DNA from: Ostreococcus lucimarinus
Taxonomy: Eukaryota
Assembly: GCA_000092065.1 (NCBI GenBank)
Contig: CP000581.1
Length of the DNA: 64,000 nucleotides
Strand: one strand, 5' to 3'
The position numbers and the translations under genes were made by a program. The first letter of the stretch is position 1; the number at the start of each line of letters is the position of its first letter. The notes beneath the pieces were generated by a model. It was given only the letters and a program-made list of their open reading frames with translations, had not been told where the DNA came from and searched no databases. Below, in pieces: positions 39,883 to 47,867 of the stretch.

Positions 39883-40542
39883 CTATCCTTGTCTGGAGGC
39901 GAAGAAATTCATCACGCGTCCGAGCAAGTCTGATAACACGTAAATCCCGAGCAACGCGAGGATCGGCGATCGCGCGAACCCGAGCGCGCCCGACGCGACG
40001 CTCTCGTCCACTACCTTGGCTTCCTCGGCGTCCAAATTCGCCGGAACGTATTTGACCGAAACCGAGTTCACGCAGTGTCGCTCCATCGTCGCCGAGAATC
40101 CCTCGTTTTCAAACACATGCCCGAGATGGCCATCACACGCCGCGCACATGATCTCCACCCGTCGCATCCCGAACGCGTTATCGATCTCCGTCTTCAACGC
40201 GCCCGCGTAGCACTTGTCAAACGCCGGCCAGCCGCACCCGCTGTCAAACTTCGATTTGGCGCTGTACAGCGGCGTACCGCAACCGCGGCACACGAAGTGT
40301 CCTTCGCTCGGGTAGAACTTATCGTACTCTCCAGTGCGCGCGGGTTCGGTGCCTTTTTGTCGCAGCACTTGGAACGCTTGCGCGTCGAGCTCTTGCTTCC
40401 ACTCGCTCTCGGGTTTTTCGACGCGAGTCACGTCGACGCGCTTGGACATGGCGCGCGCGACGCGCGCGCGCGCGCGCGTGGGCTTGATGAGAACGCGAGT
40501 GAAGTCAGCGCGCGCGCGCGAGACGTGCGACGCGAAGGACAT
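39883..40542 (-). CDS. MSRB: Peptide methionine-R-sulfoxide reductase MsrB (SelR domain) with presequence and C-terminal hydrophobic tail
   Basis: ATG 40542. SelR core: CRGCGTPLYSAKSKFDSGCGWPAF ... IMCAACDGHLGHVFENEGF ... RHCVNSVSV (two CxxC zinc motifs, catalytic Cys in RxCxN; Cys codon, not TGA). C-terminus SPILALLGIYVLSDLLGRVMNFF is a predicted TM helix. Confidence 0.85.
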   Translation of the reverse strand: MSFASHVSRARADFTRVLIKPTRARARVARAMSKRVDVTRVEKPESEWKQELDAQAFQVLRQKGTEPARTGEYDKFYPSEGHFVCRGCGTPLYSAKSKFDSGCGWPAFDKCYAGALKTEIDNAFGMRRVEIMCAACDGHLGHVFENEGFSATMERHCVNSVSVKYVPANLDAEEAKVVDESVASGALGFARSPILALLGIYVLSDLLGRVMNFFASRQG

Positions 40543-40639
40543 GGAACGCGCGGCGGCGTGTGGAGCGCGAGTTGCGATCTCCCGATGGGTGACGTGGGTG
40601 GAACTGGAGATTTGGATAGCACGTCGGGCGAAGGCGGCG

Positions 40640-43600
40640 CTACAAGTCTAAAGCTAAGGCAGCGAACGCGGCGTAGACGAGGAAAAATATGAGAAATGTG
40701 CCTGTGCGAGCGGCGGAGTGATAGTACACGCAAGCTTCGACGGAAGTCGAACCGGCGGAGCTGTTGAAATGGTACAGCGGACATCGCTCGCACAGAGTTA
40801 CGACGGTCGCGCCCGAGGTGACGCCGTAGGTACCCTCCGGACACAGCGTGCAGTTCGCGAGACCGAGGGTGGAGGCGTATGTGCCGGGCGTACACGCATC
40901 ACATGCAGCTTTGCCGCCGGCCGAGGCGCGTCCAAGCGGGCACGGACGACAGACGGTGTCGTCGCCCGTCGTCGCCCCTTGAATCGCGCCGTATGTGCCC
41001 GGGCGGCACGGCTTGCACGTGGACAAACCTGTGACGTCGGAATACGTGCCCGCGGGACATGGGTCGCACAGCTGCGATGCTTCCGTGTCGGAATACGTGC
41101 CAGCGGCGCATTCGATGCACGTCGCAACGCTCGTGCCGCCTTGCTCAGTGCCGTACGTGCCGGCTGGACAACCATCGCAGATCGCCATGCCAGTTTGGCC
41201 CGCGTAAGTTCCAGGTTCACAGTCGCTACAAGATACGGATGCGTCGAGCGAGTACTGACCGATCGCACACTCCAAACAATTTTCGACCGTCGGACTCGCT
41301 TCGACGATGGAATATGTTCCCGCGACGCAATCGATACATCCTGTGGCGGCTGTTGTGTTTGAATACGTGCCCGCGACGCAGTTGAGACATTCAGCCAAAC
41401 CTTCAATGTCTGAGTACGTACCCGTCGGACACGGTTGTAGATTCACCGCCGAAGTGGCACCTTCATCCGGAAGGAAATAGCCAGCGGGCGCAGCTTTGCA
41501 CTCGAGTAAGCCCTCCTCATCCCCGTACGTACCCGCAGGGCACCGAAGACAGTCGACTTGACCATCCGCGGGGTTGTACGTACCGACGGCGCACAATGTG
41601 CACGCCGATACGCTCGTCGCCCCTTCAGCGGCGGAATACGATCCCGCTGGGCAAAGTTTACAGCTCTCCGCGGGAATACCGCTCCCCGGCGCTATGTCAG
41701 AGTAACTCCCTGGCCCACACAACGTACACGCGTCACTTCCTTCATTTATCGATACAGAGCCCAGCGGGCAGTCCTCGCAATCGGTCTTGGCGACGCTTCC
41801 CGTCGTCGCAAGAGCCGTGCCTGCTGGGCACTGCTCACAAGTTTCGCGGCCCTCAGTTGAACTGTAGCTACCAGCGGCACAGGGAACACATACGGTGCTA
41901 CCGAGATCATTCGTAGCGGTCCCAAGCGGGCATGGCAGACATTGATCGACGCTGGTCGCGCCAGTGTCCGCGAGATATGTACCTTTCGGGCACAAGTCAC
42001 ACGTGGGTTCGCCGGCATCGGCTTGATACTGCCCCGCGGGACATTCCTTGCACGGTTCACCATCTGCTGCATAAAAGCCGGCTGGACACACATCACAATC
42101 ATCCTCGCTCACGCTGGCGTAATTTATTGAATACTTTCCAGGCGGACATGTCGTACACTCTGACGTGTCTGTGCGATCGGCTGGACCGTATCGGCCAGGC
42201 GGGCAATCGAGGCACGCACCCATACCCGCATGCGGTGCATATTTACCCGTACCGCAATTTACGCAATCACCTTCCGCAACCGCACCGTCGGTCGCCGTGA
42301 CTTTACCCGCAGGACATGATTTACATAAAGTTTGTCCTTCTTGGTCCTGATACGTACCCGCTTCGCACTTCGTGCAGAACTGATTCAGACCGAGAACTAA
42401 TGTTGACGTCGAGCCAGCGACGGCGGTGTATGTGCCAACTGCGCATTGCTGACATGCATTTTGTAAACTATCTCGTACGATTACGTTTGCCGTTCCAACG
42501 CCGGAATACCCTGCAGGACACTTTGTGCACTCGGTCGCCCCTGCAGTTGCGCTGTACGTACCGTCTGGACACGACAGGCATACACTTTGGCCCATATCCG
42601 ATGTATAAGTTCCCACTGCGCATGGTACGCAGTCATCGACGGATGACATTGTAGCCGTAGCGTCGCCAGTTGTCCCCGCTGGACACGGTGTACACTCGAC
42701 AGCGCCACCTTCTGAGTAAAATCCGATATCGCACGGGTCGCACGCCGACGCACCAGGCGCCGAAGCATCTGTGCCCGCAGGACACGGCTCACATTGCGAG
42801 GCTCCTGTACTCGCAGCAAATTTACCAGCTGGACAGCTCACGCAGTCGCTCGATCGCTGCGCCCCGACGGCCCCGTTGAACGTGCCTATTGGACACCCCG
42901 TGCATGATGCTTGTCCTGTGAGAACTTGATACGAACCCGTCCCGCACGGCGTGCATGATGAGCTTCCCTCCGCCGCGCTGTAGCTCCCTGCCGGGCAAGA
43001 TTCGCAGAATGAAGATGCGAACGCCCCTTCAAACGGAACGAAGGTCCCAGCAGGACATTTAGAGCATACTGATAGACCTGTTGTCGCCGCGTAAGCTCCG
43101 CTTTCACACAGGATACATGATGAACTCGCAGATTCGTTTTGATACTGACCCAAAGGACACGCAGAACAGACGAACGAAGTGAAGTCATTCGTGTAACCTC
43201 CAGCCGAACACGCCGAACACTGTCCCGTTTCAGTATCACGCTCGTACCCAACGTCACACGAAACGCGTAGAGCTAAAGAAAAACCACCCACAGCGACAAC
43301 CATGGTGACTTGTTGCACCTCAGCGACGATGACGGGCGCGGCGACGTACTCCACTTCGCCGTACAACCCCACGTCAGCCGTTGAAAGATATCCGCCCTTG
43401 AACGGCCGAGTGGCACCCATGACTAACGCTTCGAATTCTGCGTTCGATCCACCAACTCGACCGCTCGCATCGAGCGTATCTCGAAACGCATAGAATAATG
43501 TCGACGATGCGCCGCTCTGCAACTCTGTGCCGTAATTGGCTAACAGGCGACGTCTACTGGCACTGATCGCGGTTTGTTGCCATCCTCGCAGCGTCAAAGT

Positions 43601-45415
43601 CAAATTGTACGAGGCGTCCGACGCCGGTCGGGGCTCTAATCCAAGTTGACCAAACTCATTCGATCCCCATGTGAATACCTCACCGTAATCACTCACCGCT
43701 ACAGTGTGCGATCGTCCACATGACACCCAATGTATCTTTACGTTAGCATCAGCGAGCGCGGTCACTTTCGTCGGTATAAATCTACTGACACGGTCATTGT
43801 GACCAAGTTGCCCGAACGTATTGAGCCCCCACGTGTATACCTCGCCAGTGGATGCGACTACTGCCGCGTGGAAGTCTCCAGCTGCGATGAACACCGCTTG
43901 CACGCCCGCGTCTGCCAATGTCGCCAAAACTTTCGGCGCCGCTGAGCGAAAAGGATCCAGACCATCCGTTCCGAATCCGAGCTGGCCGCTTTCGCCGTAA
44001 CCCCACGTGTACACCAAACCACCGTTCGCCCCATTTGCGTCCGCTGCGCTAATCGCCATGGAGTACCGCGCGCTCGCTGCAATCGCTGAGAATTTCACGG
44101 CTGACGGCACCTCTTGCGGTGACTGCGTGGTGGGCATTTCTGGGGCGTCTGGGAACGCGCTGCATGCGCCGGTGCCGTCTCCATATTTACTCACTTCGCA
44201 CGGTTTGAGTCCTAACTGACCATCGATGTTACTACCCCACGCCCAAATCGAGCCGGTGGAAGTCAGCACGAGGGTGTGCGCTAGGCCAGCCGCGACCTCC
44301 ACCGCCGTGACGGAGCCAAATCCATTGTTCACGACACGCGTCGGCAACCCCTTGTTTTTCAAAAATGTTTCCGAGCCGACGTACTGCAACGTCCCTGGCA
44401 TCCAGCCGCGACCGAGTTGACCGAGATCGTCGTTACCCCACGTAAAAACATGGCCGGAAGCGCTCACCGCCACGGCGTGTCTGACCCCCACCGCGACTTT
44501 TGTCATGCCTTCGAGCGCGCCGATGCGAACGGGATTCACAGCCAAGCTCGAAGCGTCAGGCGTTTTCGTCTCCAAGTTGAGAACGCCACTGGAATCGAAA
44601 CCCCATCCCCAAACGTATCCGGTACCGTATTCAACGCCCATCACCGTTTTGTCTGAGGCCGAAATATACGTGAACTGTTTCACCAACTCAAAATTTGCGT
44701 TCGTTACGGGCTGCGATTTCGGCGCAGTGTCACCGAACGCGAGCTGCGCCATGGCGTTATCGCCCCATCCGTACACAACTGCGCTAGAATTCGCGAGTTT
44801 CTTAAACTGCCCGTTATTGGCCGCATCAGTTCCAGTCAACGGCAACGTCAGCGTCGGGTCCCACCAATCCACGGCGTCCACCGTGCTCACGTCTGTTCTC
44901 GACACCCACTTCGCCGTGCACGCCCGCACAAACCTCGACACCGAGTCCTTGTACACCTCTATCGTCACAGTGATCGTACTCTCATCACTACACGCACCAA
45001 CACTATCGATCAATCGATACGTTATCGTCGTCGTGAACTCTCGTCTCGTCTCCGTCTCGTCGCACGGTGCTACGAAGTACGCCGTCTGCGACCCCGCCAA
45101 CCGTCGCGCCGACACCGTCCCGCTCGCCAGCGCGGTGCAATAATTCGCCGCCGCGTCCAACGCGGTGTTCTGATCGTCCTTATACACCGATCCCGTCCCC
45201 GGCAACGACGTGATCAACGCCGACAGCGTGTGCGTATCGTCGCTATCCGTCCCCGCGAGCGTCAGCGTCGCTCGCGAACCCGCGACGACGCGCACGCTCG
45301 ACGCCGACGGCACCACCGGCGTCGCGCCGCGCGCGACGGACGCGACGCCCGCCACGGCGACGAGCGCGGCGACGAGCGCGCTCGACGCGACCGCGTGGCG
45401 TCGGTGTCGACCCAT
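40640..45415 (-). CDS. Giant cell-surface protein: signal peptide, 7-blade RCC1-like beta-propeller, ~30 tandem ephrin-receptor-like/TNFR-type Cys repeats, hydrophobic C-terminal tail
   Basis: ORF to 45457; signal-peptide ATG at 45413-45415 (MGRHRRHAVASSALVAALVAVAGVASVARG). RCC1 blades: VYGWGDNAMAQLAFG, YVWGWGFDSSGVLN, VFTWGNDDLGQLGRG, IWAWGSNIDGQLGLK, VYTWGYGESGQLGFG, VYTWGLNTFGQLGHN, VFTWGSNEFGQLGLE. Then ~800 aa of C-x2-C-x-x-G-[TS]-[YF] units (CTKCPAGYSG, CQQCAVGTYT, CKSCPAGKVT, CVNCGTGKYA, CLDCPPGRYG ...). Ends ...ARTGTFLIFFLVYAAFAALALDL*. Confidence 0.7.
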   Translation of the reverse strand: MGRHRRHAVASSALVAALVAVAGVASVARGATPVVPSASSVRVVAGSRATLTLAGTDSDDTHTLSALITSLPGTGSVYKDDQNTALDAAANYCTALASGTVSARRLAGSQTAYFVAPCDETETRREFTTTITYRLIDSVGACSDESTITVTIEVYKDSVSRFVRACTAKWVSRTDVSTVDAVDWWDPTLTLPLTGTDAANNGQFKKLANSSAVVYGWGDNAMAQLAFGDTAPKSQPVTNANFELVKQFTYISASDKTVMGVEYGTGYVWGWGFDSSGVLNLETKTPDASSLAVNPVRIGALEGMTKVAVGVRHAVAVSASGHVFTWGNDDLGQLGRGWMPGTLQYVGSETFLKNKGLPTRVVNNGFGSVTAVEVAAGLAHTLVLTSTGSIWAWGSNIDGQLGLKPCEVSKYGDGTGACSAFPDAPEMPTTQSPQEVPSAVKFSAIAASARYSMAISAADANGANGGLVYTWGYGESGQLGFGTDGLDPFRSAAPKVLATLADAGVQAVFIAAGDFHAAVVASTGEVYTWGLNTFGQLGHNDRVSRFIPTKVTALADANVKIHWVSCGRSHTVAVSDYGEVFTWGSNEFGQLGLEPRPASDASYNLTLTLRGWQQTAISASRRRLLANYGTELQSGASSTLFYAFRDTLDASGRVGGSNAEFEALVMGATRPFKGGYLSTADVGLYGEVEYVAAPVIVAEVQQVTMVVAVGGFSLALRVSCDVGYERDTETGQCSACSAGGYTNDFTSFVCSACPLGQYQNESASSSCILCESGAYAATTGLSVCSKCPAGTFVPFEGAFASSFCESCPAGSYSAAEGSSSCTPCGTGSYQVLTGQASCTGCPIGTFNGAVGAQRSSDCVSCPAGKFAASTGASQCEPCPAGTDASAPGASACDPCDIGFYSEGGAVECTPCPAGTTGDATATMSSVDDCVPCAVGTYTSDMGQSVCLSCPDGTYSATAGATECTKCPAGYSGVGTANVIVRDSLQNACQQCAVGTYTAVAGSTSTLVLGLNQFCTKCEAGTYQDQEGQTLCKSCPAGKVTATDGAVAEGDCVNCGTGKYAPHAGMGACLDCPPGRYGPADRTDTSECTTCPPGKYSINYASVSEDDCDVCPAGFYAADGEPCKECPAGQYQADAGEPTCDLCPKGTYLADTGATSVDQCLPCPLGTATNDLGSTVCVPCAAGSYSSTEGRETCEQCPAGTALATTGSVAKTDCEDCPLGSVSINEGSDACTLCGPGSYSDIAPGSGIPAESCKLCPAGSYSAAEGATSVSACTLCAVGTYNPADGQVDCLRCPAGTYGDEEGLLECKAAPAGYFLPDEGATSAVNLQPCPTGTYSDIEGLAECLNCVAGTYSNTTAATGCIDCVAGTYSIVEASPTVENCLECAIGQYSLDASVSCSDCEPGTYAGQTGMAICDGCPAGTYGTEQGGTSVATCIECAAGTYSDTEASQLCDPCPAGTYSDVTGLSTCKPCRPGTYGAIQGATTGDDTVCRPCPLGRASAGGKAACDACTPGTYASTLGLANCTLCPEGTYGVTSGATVVTLCERCPLYHFNSSAGSTSVEACVYYHSAARTGTFLIFFLVYAAFAALALDL

Positions 45416-45691
45416 CTCGCTCGTTCGATGTTCGTTCGAGTCGTTAGCTCCGCGCATCGTCGCCGTCTCGCGACGTCTCGCGCGCGCCGCGCGCGATGCG
45501 CGCGCGCGCGCGAGCGCCGCACGCGAGCATGTTTTCGTACGACGGCGCGCGCGGGGCGATTGGACGCGACGCGCGCGGTGATTTGACGCGCAAAGGCCCG
45601 CGGCTCGAATCTTCTCGAAGCCGCGTCAAAGTCAAAGTCAAAGTCGACGCCGCGACGCGACGCGCCGGTTATACGCTAAAACGCTAATACG

Positions 45692-46714
45692 CTAATGCTC
45701 GCACCCGGGAACGCGACACGACCACTTACACCCTTCGAGCATGAACCCCGGGTTCTTGTCGCATTCGCCCGTGTTGGCCCAGCCGCGACACTGGTCGTGC
45801 GCGTCTTCGCATCCGGGCGTCGCGCTCGCCTCGGGCGGTTTCTGCCAGCGGTACGGCTCGGCGTGCACCCACACGGTGGCGGTCCACTTCACCCCCGCAA
45901 CGACGGGACAACCGACATGCAACGCGCGGTGATCAATCTTCCCGTTCGGGTCCACGGACCAAAATATTAAGCCGTCGCCTCGGCGCGGTTTCATCGCCAC
46001 GCGATGCTCCGCGCACTTCGACCAACTCGTCCCCTCCGCCATCTTCGGATCGATCCACTCGCTATCGGGAAACGCCGTCTCTCCCCCCGCCTCGGGTTCT
46101 TCCAAGTACAACAACACCGTCGCCACGCGTTTACCGCCGTCTTTCGACAACTCTCTCCCGCTCAGCGAATCCTCCGCGCCCACGTCTTCGTGCGCGTCGT
46201 ACTTTTCCCCCACCCGGTATTCCAACACTTGCATGTCCTCGTTGTGCGTCCAGGGCAGCATCGTCACCGCGCTCAGCGCGTCGTATATCTCTCGCACCAC
46301 CTCCTCGTCGCGATTTAAAAACGTCTGCTTCGACGTGCGAATCGGATCGACTTTCGACTCGCCCGTGACGCTGTCGACGACGGTGCTTCGCCGGACCCGC
46401 GCGCGCGTCGCCCGCAGCACCGCCTCGCACTGCGCCTCCGTCAGCGCGTCTCGCAGCGCGAACGCGCGCGGGTACCACGACAGCGGTTCGACGCGCGTCC
46501 GCGCTCGCGCCCGCGCGTCCGACAGCGTCGGTCGCGCGCCGTCCGTCGTCGTCCGTCGTCGCGCGCGCGCGCCGTCGAACCCGTGCGTCGTCACGCGCGC
46601 GCCCAGCGCGCCCAGCGCGAGCGCGCACGCGAGCGCGAGCGCGCGCGCCGTCCACCGCGCGCGCGCGCGCGACCGACGTCGACGCGAGACGTCGACGGAC
46701 GCCGCGCGAAGCAT
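45692..46714 (-). CDS. Prolyl 4-hydroxylase alpha-like 2OG-Fe(II) oxygenase with signal anchor and C-terminal ShK (ShKT) domain
   Basis: ORF to 47203 but only in-frame ATG before the signal anchor is 46712-46714 ([39 protein letters not shown]). P4Hc core: YDAHEDVG...GGKRVATVLLYLEEPEAGGETAFP...HRALHVGCPVVAGVKWTATVW (HxD...H + basic residue); tail CEDAHDQCRGWANTGECDKNPGFMLEGCKWSCRVPGC = six-Cys ShK fold. Confidence 0.8.
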   Translation of the reverse strand: MLRAASVDVSRRRRSRARARWTARALALACALALGALGARVTTHGFDGARARRRTTTDGARPTLSDARARARTRVEPLSWYPRAFALRDALTEAQCEAVLRATRARVRRSTVVDSVTGESKVDPIRTSKQTFLNRDEEVVREIYDALSAVTMLPWTHNEDMQVLEYRVGEKYDAHEDVGAEDSLSGRELSKDGGKRVATVLLYLEEPEAGGETAFPDSEWIDPKMAEGTSWSKCAEHRVAMKPRRGDGLIFWSVDPNGKIDHRALHVGCPVVAGVKWTATVWVHAEPYRWQKPPEASATPGCEDAHDQCRGWANTGECDKNPGFMLEGCKWSCRVPGCEH

Positions 46715-47831
46715 GGATTGGATTGGATGCGACGCGACGCGACGTGACGCCGCGAGAGCGCGACGCGCGATGTCGCGCGCGCGCGAGGCGCCGACGACGT
46801 TCTGTGGACTGCCGACGCTGCGACCGGACGCGCAGGCGAGGACGCGCGCGGCGACGCCCGAGACGCGCGGCGACGCGCGCGACGACGCGACCCGGACGCG
46901 CGTGCGAAAACTGCTGCTCGTGCGCCACGGCGCCAAGGCGAAGACGACGCGAGGGAAACGAGACGCGGAGGAGATTCGACGCGCGTGCGAGGCCGCGAAC
47001 GTCGACGTCGAGACGGCGACGACGGAACGCGCGGGACACGGCGTCGAACTGGTGCGAGACGCGGATCTGAGCGACGTGGACGCGATCGGGGTCGTGGGAG
47101 GGGACGGGACGCTTCGCGAGGCGGTGCAGGGATGGATCGAGCGCGAGGCGAGCGGGCGGGGCGACGGGAGGCGAACGCCGATTTTCGCGTTTCCGTGCGG
47201 CACGGGGAATAATTACGCGCGAGATCTCGGGGTGTTCACCGTCGCGGACGCGATGGCGAAGTTGAAAGCCGGGAACGCGCGTCCGGTGGACGCGGTTCGA
47301 GTGTCGGACGGCGTCGGTAACGATACGATTTCGATCAACGTCGTGACGTGGGGCATGGCGCGCGACGCGGCGGAAACGGCGGAGGGCATGCGTTGGATGG
47401 GCGGTTTGCGTTACGACGTCGCCGGTTTGATTCACATCTTGAAGAATAAAAAGAATAACGGCATCATCGGCGTCAGCGATTCTCTCGAGGGCGAGATCGT
47501 GGAGGAATCGAATGATTATTTGATGATGTTCGCGCAGAACACGCGTTGCAGCGGCAGAGCTTTCGCGTTCACGCCGCTGGCGCAACTCGACGACGGATTT
47601 TTCGACGTCGTCGTGTGTAACAAAGGAGGCCCGATGCACACGAAGGCGCTCTTCGACGCCACGAAAACTGGTGGCGGTCACGTCGAAGATCGTAACGTAT
47701 CATACGTTAAAGCTAAGCGGTTGTCGCTGAAAACAGCGGCGGCCGAGAGCGTCGGCATTGACGGCGAAGTCACCGTTCCAACGCCCGTTCATCTGACGGC
47801 GCTCGAGGGAGTTTTCACTACGTTTCGCTAA
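46713..47831 (+). CDS. Lipid kinase with DAGK catalytic domain (sphingosine kinase / acylglycerol kinase-like)
   Basis: ORF 46233..; ATG 46713 (MDWIGC...; alternative ATG 46773 MSRAREAP...). KLLLVRHGAKAK..., DAIGVVGGDGTLREAVQGWIER (GGDG motif), IFAFPCGTGNNYARDLG (GTGN), accessory domain ...IDGEVTVPTPVHLTALEG. Confidence 0.65.
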   Translation: MDWIGCDATRRDAARARRAMSRAREAPTTFCGLPTLRPDAQARTRAATPETRGDARDDATRTRVRKLLLVRHGAKAKTTRGKRDAEEIRRACEAANVDVETATTERAGHGVELVRDADLSDVDAIGVVGGDGTLREAVQGWIEREASGRGDGRRTPIFAFPCGTGNNYARDLGVFTVADAMAKLKAGNARPVDAVRVSDGVGNDTISINVVTWGMARDAAETAEGMRWMGGLRYDVAGLIHILKNKKNNGIIGVSDSLEGEIVEESNDYLMMFAQNTRCSGRAFAFTPLAQLDDGFFDVVVCNKGGPMHTKALFDATKTGGGHVEDRNVSYVKAKRLSLKTAAAESVGIDGEVTVPTPVHLTALEGVFTTFR

Positions 47832-47867
47832 GTAGTACGTCTTGTATTAATCGCACGCTATGTATGT

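Noticed and set aside
39883-40542. Selenocysteine-containing MsrB
   Set aside because: Algal MsrB1 homologues are sometimes selenoproteins, but here the catalytic position in RHCVN is an ordinary Cys codon and the ORF has no in-frame TGA. No SECIS search is warranted.
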